A DNA stretch of 64,000 bases from Thermodesulfovibrionia bacterium. Its GTDB lineage: Bacteria > Nitrospirota > Thermodesulfovibrionia > UBA6902. Positions within the stretch are counted from its first letter, which is position 1; the number at the start of each line of letters is the position of its first letter. The stretch is taken from assembly GCA_947259735.1 (NCBI GenBank), contig CAMYNN010000006.1, positions 4,998 to 68,997 on the forward strand. Direction: 5' to 3'. The translations under genes and the position numbers were made by a program. The notes under the pieces were generated by a model. The model made no database searches and was not told the origin of the DNA. It was given only the letters and a program-made list of their open reading frames with translations. Shown here one piece after another: positions 18,837 to 28,827 of the stretch.

Positions 18837-20634
18837 TGTGGCGGTAAAGAAGTCAGGGCAAAAATCTGCGCTAAAAAATCTGGAAATAAAAGTATGTGTC
18901 GGCACAGGCGGCCTCGCTGCCGGCAGCCAGGATGTTCTGGACAGGTTCGGGAAGCAGCTCAAGGCCCGGGGAATCAAAGCCGGCATCGCAAAGAAATGCA
19001 CTAAAAAAACGGGCTGCCGGGGGCTCTGTGCAAAGGACGTTCTGGTTGACGTTATCCGGAACGGCAAGAAATCAACCTATCAGTTTATCACAGTCGACAA
19101 GGTCAGCAGAATCATAAAAGAGCACGTTATGGAAGGCGTTCCTGTAAAAGACTGGCTTGTCGGTCCGGAATACGAGGCTTTTCACAGCAAGGGGACGAAG
19201 GTCCTTCTGAAGCAATGCGGAGAGATTGACCCTGAAGATATTGAGTCATATATAGAGTCAGGCGGGTACAGGGCAACGCTGAAGGCCCTGAAAATGAAGC
19301 CGGAGGCCGTTATAGATGTTATTAAAAAATCGGGTCTCCGCGGCAGGGGTGGAGCTGGATTTCCGACAGGCCAGAAGTGGGAGCTTTGCAGCAATGCTGA
19401 AGGGAGCCCCAAATACATTATATGTAATGCCGATGAAGGTGACCCCGGAGCATTTATGGACAGGTCCATTATTGAAGGGAACCCTCATTCTGTTTTGGAA
19501 GGATTGATCATCGGCGCCTATGCTTTCGGTGCATCCCGCGGTTATGTCTATATTCGCGCTGAATATCCTGTGGCCATTACCCGCCTGAAGCTTGCTATAA
19601 AAGAGGCAGAGAAAAAAGGCTTCCTGGGAAAAAACATATGCAAGCGAGGCTTTGACTTCGACATCCGGATCAAGGAGGGGGCCGGTGCATTTGTCTGCGG
19701 TGAAGAGACTGCTCTCATCGCCTCAATTGAAGGCGGACGCGGCATGCCACGTTCAAAGCCCCCTTTCCCGGTGTATCATGGACTGTGGGGGAAGCCAACG
19801 GTTGTCAATAATGTTGAAACGCTCTCAACGATTCCCCTGATCATCTTCAAGGGGGCCAAGTGGTTCTCTTCCATCGGCACGGAAACGAGCAAGGGAACCA
19901 AGGTCTTTGCCCTTACAGGAAAAATAAAAAACACAGGCCTGATCGAAGTGCCTATGGGAATTACTCTGAGAGAAATTATTTATGATATCGGCGGTGGATG
20001 CCCCGGGAACAGGGAATTTAAAGCTGTGCAGACAGGCGGTCCCTCAGGCGGCTGCATTCCTGCTTCCTATATTGATATGCCCGTAGATTACGAATCATTG
20101 CAGGAGATCGGATCCATGATGGGCTCTGGCGGAATGGTTGTCATGGACGATACGACCTGCATGGTCGACATGGCAAAGTTTTTCCTGGAATTTGCCCAGA
20201 ATGAGTCATGCGGCAAGTGCCTGCCCTGCCGGGTCGGCAATAAGCGACTCTTTGAGAGACTGAAGGATATTACGGAGGGAAAAGGCAGGGAAGGTGATAT
20301 CGAGTTCCTTCTGTCCCTTGGGGAAGACATAAAAATATCATCCCTCTGCGGACTTGGTCAAACATCCCCCAATCCTGTACTTTCTACTATTAAATACTTC
20401 AGAGATGAATACGAGGCGCATATACGGGAGCACCGGTGTCCGGCAGGAGTATGCCAGGCATTCAGGAAATATGTTGTCAATGCCGCTATTTGTAAAATGT
20501 GCGGAAAGTGCTTCAAAGAATGTCCGGCAGAGGCAATAACGTGGCAGAGAAAACAGCCGGCAATGATAAACAGAGACAAATGCATTCAATGCGGCACCTG
20601 TTATGATGTATGCCCGTTTCATGCAATACTATAA
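18808..20634 (+). CDS. NuoF-like NAD(P)H-binding FMN/[4Fe-4S] subunit with extra N-terminal and C-terminal Fe-S domains. The true start is probably GTG 18838.
   Basis: GRGGAGFPTGQKWE, CNADEGDPGAFMDR, and C-terminal 2x CxxCxxCxxxCP ferredoxin motifs. The ORF-track start overlaps the upstream gene by 29 nt. A GTG at 18838 follows an RBS-like GAAGGGGAAG. Confidence 0.85.
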   Translation: MNSTTRRGSNVAVKKSGQKSALKNLEIKVCVGTGGLAAGSQDVLDRFGKQLKARGIKAGIAKKCTKKTGCRGLCAKDVLVDVIRNGKKSTYQFITVDKVSRIIKEHVMEGVPVKDWLVGPEYEAFHSKGTKVLLKQCGEIDPEDIESYIESGGYRATLKALKMKPEAVIDVIKKSGLRGRGGAGFPTGQKWELCSNAEGSPKYIICNADEGDPGAFMDRSIIEGNPHSVLEGLIIGAYAFGASRGYVYIRAEYPVAITRLKLAIKEAEKKGFLGKNICKRGFDFDIRIKEGAGAFVCGEETALIASIEGGRGMPRSKPPFPVYHGLWGKPTVVNNVETLSTIPLIIFKGAKWFSSIGTETSKGTKVFALTGKIKNTGLIEVPMGITLREIIYDIGGGCPGNREFKAVQTGGPSGGCIPASYIDMPVDYESLQEIGSMMGSGGMVVMDDTTCMVDMAKFFLEFAQNESCGKCLPCRVGNKRLFERLKDITEGKGREGDIEFLLSLGEDIKISSLCGLGQTSPNPVLSTIKYFRDEYEAHIREHRCPAGVCQAFRKYVVNAAICKMCGKCFKECPAEAITWQRKQPAMINRDKCIQCGTCYDVCPFHAIL

Positions 20635-20739
20635 ATAAAGGGTCCCGGGGTTCAAGGGGCCGAGGGTTCAAGGGACAATAACCGTTCCTGAACCCAGCGG
20701 CACCTGGATCCAGTGAATCCTGATTTTTAGGAGGTTGTC

Positions 20740-23436
20740 TTGTCAAAAGACAAAATAAAAATAAAGATAAACGGTAAAAAGATATCGTGCAGTCAGGGAG
20801 ACACGATCCTTGAGGCTGCAAATAAAGCGGGGATTAAAATCCCCACGCTTTGTCACGATTACAGGCTTGAACCATACGGCTCATGCAGGTTTTGCAGTGT
20901 TGAGATCAGGGGAATGCAAAGGCTGCTTCCCGCCTGTACGACACCCGCCGCAGATAATATGGATATTTCCTCAGAAAGCGACACAGTCCAGAGGATAAGG
21001 AAGAGACTGGTGTCTCTCATGCTTTCCAATCACCCCAATGACTGCATGCGATGTGAAGCTGACGGTGACTGTTCACTGCAGGACCTTGCTTATGAATATG
21101 GTGTGGACGGCAGTGAATATGGAGGTGAGAAATGGGATCTGCCGATTCGGCAGGCAAATCCTTTTATAACCTACGAACCGAACAAATGCATTGTCTGCGG
21201 GAGGTGCGTAAGAATATGCAACGAAGTTGTGATGGCAGGGACCATAGATTTTACAGGCAGGGGATTCAATACTGTCCCTGATACGGCCTTCAGGACAGCG
21301 CGTACATTGTCAAACTGTGAATTTTGCGGCCAGTGCGTGTCTACCTGTCCTACGGGGGCGCTGACCGACAAAAAGGGAAGAGGCAAGGGCCGCGTTAAAG
21401 ACTTCAAAAAGGTCCGGACTACCTGTGGCTACTGCGGTACAGGCTGCAACTTCTTTTTAAATGTAAAAGATAATAAGGTTGTGAAGGTTACGTCCGATTA
21501 TAGCGGTCCGGTGAACAGGGGGAACCTGTGCATAAAGGGACGGTATGGGTATGATTTCATACATAGTCCTGACAGAATTACGAAGCCTCTCATCCGCAAG
21601 GGCAAAAAGTTTGTAGAGGTCTCATGGGATGACGCTCTTGATCTGGTTGCGAAGAAGTTCGGTGAAATATTAAAGAAACACGGCCCTGACTCGTGCGGTG
21701 CTTTTTCATCATCACGATGTACCAATGAAGAGAATTTCCTGCTCGCCAAATTTGTCAGAACGGTTTTCAAGACGAATAATGTCGATAACTGCGCTCGAGT
21801 CTGACACGCTCCGACTGTGGCCGGTCTGGCCACCAGCCTGGGAGCAGGTGCTGCAACTAATTCACTGGCCCAGATGCCTGAAATAGATACTCTCTTCCTG
21901 TTTGGTTCTAATCCTACGGAAGCCCATCCTATTGTCGCCATTTATCTGAAGAAGGCCCTGCGGAATGGTGCAAGGCTTATTGTTGGCGATCCTCGGCAGA
22001 CATGGATGGCAAAACGCGCCGATGTATGGCTCAACCTCCGCCCGGGCTCAAACATAGCACTTATAAACGGTCTCGTTCATGTGATACTAAAAAACGGGTG
22101 GGAGAACAAAGCGTTTATCAAGAAAAGGACCGAGGATTTTCAGGAGCTTAAAAAGCATGTAAAGAAATATGACCCTAAAACAGTCGAAAAACTTACCGGG
22201 GTTTCAAAAGATAAACTGACTGAAGCAGCCAGGCTGTATTCTCATGCGGACAAGGCAATGATCGTATACGGCCTTGGTGTTACAGAGCACAGGACGGGGA
22301 CAGAGAACGCAATGGCCATTGCTAACCTTGCCCTTGCCTGCGGTCACATTGGCAGACCTTCAACGGGTATCATGGCTTTGAGAGGGCAGAACAATGTCCA
22401 GGGGGCTTCCGATCTCGGACCCGCCCCGAACATACTCCCCGGATACCAGCCTGTTGTGAACCCCGATGTGCGGGAGAAATTCGAAAAGGCATGGGGTGTT
22501 CCCATTTCACCGAAAGTTGGACTCAAGTCTGTTGAAATGCTTGATCAGGCATGCGGCAGGACATTCAAGGGTCTCTATATTCTTGGAGAAGACCCCGCCC
22601 AGACCGATCCGAATTCCCACGAAGTCCGTCGGGCCCTGCAATCTCTCGATTTTCTCGTTGTTCAGGATATCTTCCATACAGAAACCACAAAATATGCCCA
22701 CGTTATTCTACCGGGCTCAAGCTTTGCTGAAAAGGACGGCACGTTCACAAACGGTGAACGAAGGGTGCAGCGTGTCAGAAAGGCCATTCGACCGCTGGCA
22801 GGAAAGGCGGACTGGCAGGTGATCTGTGAACTTGCTACCCGTATGGGCTATCCCATGAGCTATGCTCATCCGTCTGAAGTAATGGATGAAATTGCGAGTC
22901 TTACCCCGCAATATGGAGGTATAAGTTATGAACGTCTCGAAAAAGTGAGCCTCCAGTGGCCCTGTCCGACCAAGGACCATCCCGGGACAAAGACTCTGTA
23001 TACTGACCTGTTCTCGCGGCCGGGAGGCCTGGCAAAATTTATGGTCCTTGATCATAAGGGCTCGGGCGAAGTTCCGGACAGGGAATATCCTTTCGCGCTC
23101 ATAACCGGCCGTATCCGTGAACACTACAATAACGGTTCCATGTCCAGGAGGGTGGCCGGTATTATGGAACTTGTACCTGAAGAGCATGTCGAGATGAACC
23201 CGGAAGACGCAATGAAGTTGAAAATCAAGGACAATGACTGGTTGAAAGTGGCTTCACGAAGAGGCGTTATTAAAGTCAAGGCGAGAATTACAAAACGATC
23301 CCAAAAGGGAAACCTGTTTCTCACGTTTCACTTCCCGGAAGCCCTCTCGAATTTTCTTACCTCGGAGCACAGGGACCCCATAGCCGGTACGCCGGAATAC
23401 AAGTCCTGTGCAGTGCGGATAGACAAAGTGCAATAA
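20740..23436 (+). CDS. fdhA: Formate dehydrogenase catalytic (alpha) subunit, a selenocysteine-containing molybdopterin enzyme. Read-through of in-frame TGA at 21802-21804.
   Basis: The two ORF-track pieces (20740-21804 and 21817-23436) are in the same frame. The junction reads NVDNCARV-TGA-HAPTVAGLATSLGAGA, which is the conserved FDH active-site context where U or C sits. The N-terminus has 2Fe-2S and 4Fe-4S domains, and the remainder is the molybdopterin oxidoreductase domain. Confidence 0.85.
21805..21845 (+). ncRNA. Bacterial SECIS-like hairpin immediately 3' of the UGA codon
   Basis: GUGGCC-GGUCU-GGCCAC gives a perfect 6-bp stem with a GGUCU apical loop, 13 nt after UGA. The loop resembles the E. 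coli fdhF SECIS apex (GGUCUG). Confidence 0.5.
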
Positions 23437-23480
23437 TGCAAAAGTACAGAAGTGCCATAGCTCCCCGTTCGACAGGGGGC

Positions 23481-23972
23481 TTAATCGTCGAGGACCAAAT
23501 ATCGAATATACTCGTCAGTGGCATGTATTACTTTAATCTTGAAGTTCTTGAATTCAATTATGTCCGAATACCCCAGGTCATAGGTCAGTTCCCGGCTCAG
23601 TCTGGGGCTGTCAAATTTCCCCTCGTATTTTTTGTAGAAAATGTGAAGGGTGTTCTCTGTACGTCCATTATAAATCAGGACCTCTTTTGATTTGTCAGAT
23701 GTGGGGTAATCGGAGAACTGCCAGGAATCCAGTTCTGCCACCTGCCCCTCTCCGCTTTTGCTTCTCACATAGGTAATATATTCGGAAAGGACCATTGGAC
23801 GTCCTATACTTGCCTGCTCTTCAACGTTCAGCGTGTAGTTCTTTGAGTGGACCCTTTTCTTGGTTGTTAAATAGGAACAGTTCACAATGAGGAGCATGCA
23901 GAATGCTGAAATTAGAAATGCCTTTATTGCCATGAACCGGATTCCCCCATATTTCTCACTTCCCGTTGACAA
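23481..23972 (-). CDS. Hypothetical secreted protein or lipoprotein
   Basis: Internal Met gives MAIKAFLISAFCMLLIVNCS, a signal-peptide-like N-terminus. No known domain. Confidence 0.35.
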   Translation of the reverse strand: MSTGSEKYGGIRFMAIKAFLISAFCMLLIVNCSYLTTKKRVHSKNYTLNVEEQASIGRPMVLSEYITYVRSKSGEGQVAELDSWQFSDYPTSDKSKEVLIYNGRTENTLHIFYKKYEGKFDSPRLSRELTYDLGYSDIIEFKNFKIKVIHATDEYIRYLVLDD

Positions 23973-24333
23973 AACGAGAACTCAGTCTCTCATTTCTCAT
24001 TTCAAGTATATCAGAGTGCCGATCCATGTCAATCTTTCAAAGCGTGACTTCTCTGCTCAAATTGTTCATGAGTGTCAGCAGTAAAGCAGGTATGTCGAAA
24101 AAAAGAATTGTGAGCGGCTCCTGCAGAAGAGACTATAGAAACACTTTCTGTGGTGACCTGGAAGAAAGATGCCTTATTACACATGCCTCTCGCCGCATTC
24201 AATACTTTTTTGAGATATGCCTGCTTTGCTGCACCAATGCCGTGGGCCAGATAAAGTTTCAAGGGGCCCTTGTTCTTAACCAGCGTGCAGCTGCTCTTCA
24301 CATAACATGTAAAAAAAATGACGTACACAGATA

Positions 24334-25920
24334 TTACAGAACTTTTTCTTCTATCCCATATTTCTTTATTTTGTACCCTATCTGCCGTGGAGTGATGCCG
24401 AGAAGCCGGGCTGCCTTCGCCTGGACCCATCCTGTTTTTTCCAGTGCCTCTATGATATTTGATTTTTCGATTTCCCCCACACTGGCAGTCAATGAAGACG
24501 ACTGACTGCTGCTTTTGATGCGGCGGAGGCTGAGAGAAACAGGGAGGTCCGATGCAGTAAGGCGTTCTGCTCCGGACATAATTACCAGCCGTTCAATGGT
24601 GTTTTCAAGCTCCCTCACATTACCGGGCCAGTTGTAACTGAGGAAAACCTGAAGAGCGCTTTTATCAAGGTGAACGGACCGGTTATTCTCAGAGTTAAAT
24701 TTTTTCAGAAAATAATCGATAAGAACCAGGGTGTCTTCTCCTCTCTCACGGAGGGGGGGGAGGAACAGAGGTATTACATTCAGGCGGTAATAGAGGTCCT
24801 CCCTGAATTTCCCGTGCGAGACAAAACTTTCAAGGTTCCTGCTCGTTGCCGCAACGATTCTGACATCAACTTTCATGTTCTTTTCGCTGCCGACACGCTC
24901 GAATTCCCTTTCCTGAAGGACACGGAGTATTTTCGGCTGGAGGGTTATGGGGAGGTCCCCTACTTCATCAAGGAAAATGGTCCCCTTGTGTGCGAGTTCG
25001 AATTTGCCCTTCCGCGATGCAATCGCCCCTGTGAAAGCTCCTTTCTCATGCCCGAACAGCTCTGATTCAAGGAGCCCCTCAGGGATGGATGCACAATTGA
25101 ATTTAATGAAGGGCCCTTTGCTTCTCGGGCTCATATAGTGAATTGCCTTTGCGATCAGCTCCTTCCCGGTCCCGCTCTCACCTCGTAGAAGTACTGTTGC
25201 CTTCGTGGGGGCAACGCGGTGGACAGCCTCAAACACCTCCTGCATCCTTGACGAATCGCCGATCACGTTATCGATACTGTATTTGCCCTTCAGTTCCCGT
25301 TTTAAGATTTCTTTCTCTTTTTCGACTTCTTCATAACTTTCCCATAGCTTGACAAACTGGGCTATCAATGACGCGACAATTTTCAGGACCCTGAGGTCAT
25401 CATCAACGCTGCCCTGTTTTGTTGAATAGATCCTGTCAACGCTGAGCACTCCAAGCGCCTCATTTTTAAGCATAATCGGGATGCAAAGGAAAGATATCCC
25501 GTCTTTTTCCGGACGTGATCCTGTTCTATTCAGAAACAACGGTTCCTGTCCGATATTGGGAATAACCATGGGTATCCTCTTTTCCAGTACCCTGCCGACG
25601 ATGCCTTCTCCAATTCGATATTTTCCTTTTTCGATATTATGTTTTGTAAGACCGTGAGCGGCTACAATACGGAGTTCTCCGGAGTTCTGATCAAGAAGAA
25701 ACACGCATCCCCTCTGCATTTCGAGAAGACTCCCGAGGGTTGACATCACTGAAAGAAGGTTTTTTTCGAGGGCAAAGGAGGTAGTCAGTACTTTGCTCAC
25801 TTCAAGGATCGCAGTAAGCTCCCTGTTTTTCCTGATTGTCAGTTCTGCTTTCTTCCCGCTATCTTTCCCGCTTTTCATAGGGTCCACCTGTTTTGTTGAC
25901 CAGTTTATTTCATGGTACAT
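24334..25920 (-). CDS. Sigma-54-dependent transcriptional activator with N-terminal GAF sensor domain (FhlA-like architecture)
   Basis: GAF region, then AAA+ sigma-54 interaction domain ([26 protein letters not shown]), then C-terminal Fis-type HTH. Confidence 0.85.
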   Translation of the reverse strand: MYHEINWSTKQVDPMKSGKDSGKKAELTIRKNRELTAILEVSKVLTTSFALEKNLLSVMSTLGSLLEMQRGCVFLLDQNSGELRIVAAHGLTKHNIEKGKYRIGEGIVGRVLEKRIPMVIPNIGQEPLFLNRTGSRPEKDGISFLCIPIMLKNEALGVLSVDRIYSTKQGSVDDDLRVLKIVASLIAQFVKLWESYEEVEKEKEILKRELKGKYSIDNVIGDSSRMQEVFEAVHRVAPTKATVLLRGESGTGKELIAKAIHYMSPRSKGPFIKFNCASIPEGLLESELFGHEKGAFTGAIASRKGKFELAHKGTIFLDEVGDLPITLQPKILRVLQEREFERVGSEKNMKVDVRIVAATSRNLESFVSHGKFREDLYYRLNVIPLFLPPLRERGEDTLVLIDYFLKKFNSENNRSVHLDKSALQVFLSYNWPGNVRELENTIERLVIMSGAERLTASDLPVSLSLRRIKSSSQSSSLTASVGEIEKSNIIEALEKTGWVQAKAARLLGITPRQIGYKIKKYGIEEKVL

Positions 25921-26373
25921 GTAAGGTATGTCAATAGGAACGCAAAAGAATATGTAATAGTAACATCAGGTTAAGGCAGATATCAATACGACGGTATACC
26001 TGTACGTCATTGGTTCGCATATGAAATGAAAATGATTCCATATAGAGTGGCATTCCTTCCGCAATTGTTTATTTCGTCTGTGAAGGAGTATAATAAAAGC
26101 TGAAATGCAGTCATCTACGTTTGTAGTTTTTTCGACGAAGCATGCCAATGAATCGGTTGAGAAAGGTCAAATTATCAGGAAAAACAGCTAATGGCTTTTA
26201 TTGCCGGTTCATGATTCGCTTGACATAGCGCTGTATATTTCTTAAATTAATACTAGTATAAATAATGCGTATGTATGCACCCATATGTTCAGTATTCCCT
26301 GTCCCGATTCAGGTCCTGGATAAACTATATGGATTTTTTTCAATGTGTAAATATAATTAACGGAGTTTTTTAA

Positions 26374-28788
26374 ATGGCAAAAGGTTGTTGTGATACAGGA
26401 AGAGATGACAGAATTAAGAAGTACAATCTTGCAGACTGGCAGATACTCAATCCCGATATCAAGGCTTTCAGTCCCGACGATATTTTATTTGCTCCCCCGT
26501 ACATCAGGAAGCGTAAAAAAGGAATAAATCTGCTGATAGATCCCAAATCCCCTAACTGGATCAGCATAAATAATACGGGAGCTGAAATTATCAAACTGTG
26601 CGATGGCAGGCATACATTGTCGGAAATTCAGGATTCCATATGTAATAAATACGGTCTGACAAACAGGAAGAAAGTCAAAGAAGAGATTTCCCAGTTTATC
26701 AGTGCAGTGGGGTTACTTGAATTTGTATCCGATACGGAATATAACAGGCCGGAATATAAAGGAAGAAGCAGCGCGATTGCTCCCCGTAAACTGGATGAAC
26801 TCTGGCTTTATTATACGATGGCATGCAATCTGCGGTGCAAGCATTGTCTTGTAGATGCAGGAAAGGTCCTGAAAAAGGAATTAACGAACGACGAGTTCAA
26901 AAAGGTTGTGGACGAGGCAATAAAACTTGGCGTCAAGAGGTTCTATATTACCGGTGGGGAACCTTTTATCAGGGCAGGTATTTTTGACCTTATTCACTAC
27001 ATCACCAAAACGAAGAGGCGTGACCTTATTGTTCTTACAAATGCGACTCTTTTCGACGATGAAAAGATAGCTGCACTCAAAAAGGTCATGAGCCCGAAAC
27101 TTCTGGTGCAGGTGAGCCTGGAGGGACCGACTGCCGAAATCCATGATAAACTGCGTGGCAAAGGAAGCTTTGACAAGACGGTGGATGGCATTCAGAGGCT
27201 TATGGGCATAGGAATTACACCCATTGTTTCGACGGCCATAAGCAAACTGAATGAAAAAGATATTGCAAAGACCTCCCGGTTTCTTTCAAAGCTTGGTATT
27301 CAGGAACATAATGTGCTCTGGATGCATGCGAAGGGACGGGGTGCCGATAATTTAAATGAATTATATGTGCCTTCGGAAAATATAGCAAAGGCCATGAAAA
27401 AGGTGAAGAAGGAATACAAGGAGCAGGAAGTTATTTTTGATAATGTGGAGTCCTTGAAAGTCCGGGTGAGAACCAAGAGGGGAAGGAAAAATGACCTTTG
27501 CAATAATTGTTTTGAAAAGATCTGCGTTAATTCTGATGGACATATATACCCCTGTGCCTCACTGAATGGAGACAAAAATTTTGATGCAGGTTCGGTGCGC
27601 AAAAAGTCTTTAAAGGATATATGGTTGAATTCAAAGGTTATGGACAGGGGGAGGGAAAACAGTGTACAGGACAAAGCGGAGTGCCGGGAGTGTTATCTAG
27701 AATACTTTTGCGGCGGCGGATGCACTTCCCATAGCTATTATGCATCTGAAGTGGATAGGGGGAAAGGTTCCATAACTGCAGTCGATCCGTACTGTTCAAC
27801 GTACAAGTCAATGTTTGAGGACATCATCTGGGAACTTGCTTCCGAGGGGGTGGCCCCGCAGAACGGCAAAGGCTACATGGCTCCCCTTGTTTATAATGCA
27901 ATGGATTCGAAACTCCCCGGGCATCTTGGCGCCGGAATTGAATCTATTGATAAAAACTTTGAAGTGGGATGCTACCATTGTTCCTGCGTCCTTTCCGTTG
28001 ATGTTGAGGATGATGAGGAAGTGTGCAAGCCTGAAATCAAGGGGCATGTTACGAAGACAGTAAAGAAGAAATTCTCAAAAGCCGCGTATAATCCTGTTGC
28101 TGACTATTACTGTCCCACGGGATATAATCCGAAGGACCTTTCCCATATCCCGAATGAAGTGCTTGATGTATCCTATGGATGCGGAAATCCTGCTGCACTT
28201 GCAGATATCAAAAAGGGTGAGACGATTGTTGACCTCGGCGCAGGAGGCGGTATTGACTGTTTTATTGCTGCAAAAAAACTGGGCAGGAAAGGCAAAGTCA
28301 TAGGCATCGACATGACCGATGAAATGCTGGAGAAGGCCCGGGAGAGTGCGAAAATCGTTGCAAAAGCCCTGGGTTACGATGTAGTTGAATTCAGGACCGG
28401 TAACATCATGGAACTCCCCGTTGACAGCGATTCTGTTGACCTTGTCATATCAAACTGTGTTATCAACCTTACAGAAGACAAAGCTAAAGTACTGGATGAA
28501 ATATATCGAATATTAAAACCGGGTGGACGGTTTATCATTTCAGACATCGTTTCCGACAAACCTGTCCCGGGATATTTAAAAAGAGACAAGGAGTTATGGA
28601 ACGCGTGCCTTTCGGGAGCACTGACGGACAGGCAGTTTACAGAAGTTGCCCAAAACGCGGGATTCTCGGGTGTTGAATTGACAAATAACTATCTTTATAA
28701 AAAGGTGGAATTTATCGAGTTTTATTCAATTACCCTGAAGGGCAGCAAACCCCGGAAAGTCACTTGCGGGGCCTGTGCCTGTAGCTAG
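26374..28788 (+). CDS. Tri-domain fusion: PqqD-like RRE + radical SAM/SPASM maturase + ArsM-like SAM-dependent methyltransferase
   Basis: Residues ~20-110 are PqqD-like (…WISINNTGAEIIKLCDGRHTLSEIQ…ISQFISAVGLLEF). The CNLRCKHC CxxxCxxC motif follows. SPASM cysteines are present (CNNCFEKICVNSDGHIYPC…CRECYLEYFCGGGC). The C-terminal ~220 aa has the ArsM hallmarks YGCGNP, VDLGAGGGIDCF, ISNCVINL, ACLSGA and a Cys-rich CGACACS tail. Confidence 0.8.
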   Translation: MAKGCCDTGRDDRIKKYNLADWQILNPDIKAFSPDDILFAPPYIRKRKKGINLLIDPKSPNWISINNTGAEIIKLCDGRHTLSEIQDSICNKYGLTNRKKVKEEISQFISAVGLLEFVSDTEYNRPEYKGRSSAIAPRKLDELWLYYTMACNLRCKHCLVDAGKVLKKELTNDEFKKVVDEAIKLGVKRFYITGGEPFIRAGIFDLIHYITKTKRRDLIVLTNATLFDDEKIAALKKVMSPKLLVQVSLEGPTAEIHDKLRGKGSFDKTVDGIQRLMGIGITPIVSTAISKLNEKDIAKTSRFLSKLGIQEHNVLWMHAKGRGADNLNELYVPSENIAKAMKKVKKEYKEQEVIFDNVESLKVRVRTKRGRKNDLCNNCFEKICVNSDGHIYPCASLNGDKNFDAGSVRKKSLKDIWLNSKVMDRGRENSVQDKAECRECYLEYFCGGGCTSHSYYASEVDRGKGSITAVDPYCSTYKSMFEDIIWELASEGVAPQNGKGYMAPLVYNAMDSKLPGHLGAGIESIDKNFEVGCYHCSCVLSVDVEDDEEVCKPEIKGHVTKTVKKKFSKAAYNPVADYYCPTGYNPKDLSHIPNEVLDVSYGCGNPAALADIKKGETIVDLGAGGGIDCFIAAKKLGRKGKVIGIDMTDEMLEKARESAKIVAKALGYDVVEFRTGNIMELPVDSDSVDLVISNCVINLTEDKAKVLDEIYRILKPGGRFIISDIVSDKPVPGYLKRDKELWNACLSGALTDRQFTEVAQNAGFSGVELTNNYLYKKVEFIEFYSITLKGSKPRKVTCGACACS

Positions 28789-28827
28789 GCGGTATTAAAA
28801 TATGAATAAGAAACGAGGTAGGAATTT

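Noticed and set aside
24029-24430. 133-aa minus-strand ORF in the 360-bp gap downstream of the sigma-54 regulator
   Set aside because: It has no RBS or domain signal and overlaps the regulator stop. It is probably non-coding promoter sequence for the lipoprotein gene. A decayed gene cannot be excluded.
26150-26373. Possible sigma-54 promoter (TGGC-N-TTGC, ctaatggcttttattgcc) upstream of the rSAM fusion gene. Such a promoter would be expected given the divergent sigma-54 activator.
   Set aside because: The GG…GC spacing is 8 nt instead of the required 10. A sigma-70-like TTGACA-N17-TAAATT at ~26222 is more plausible. No clean -24/-12 element was found by eye.
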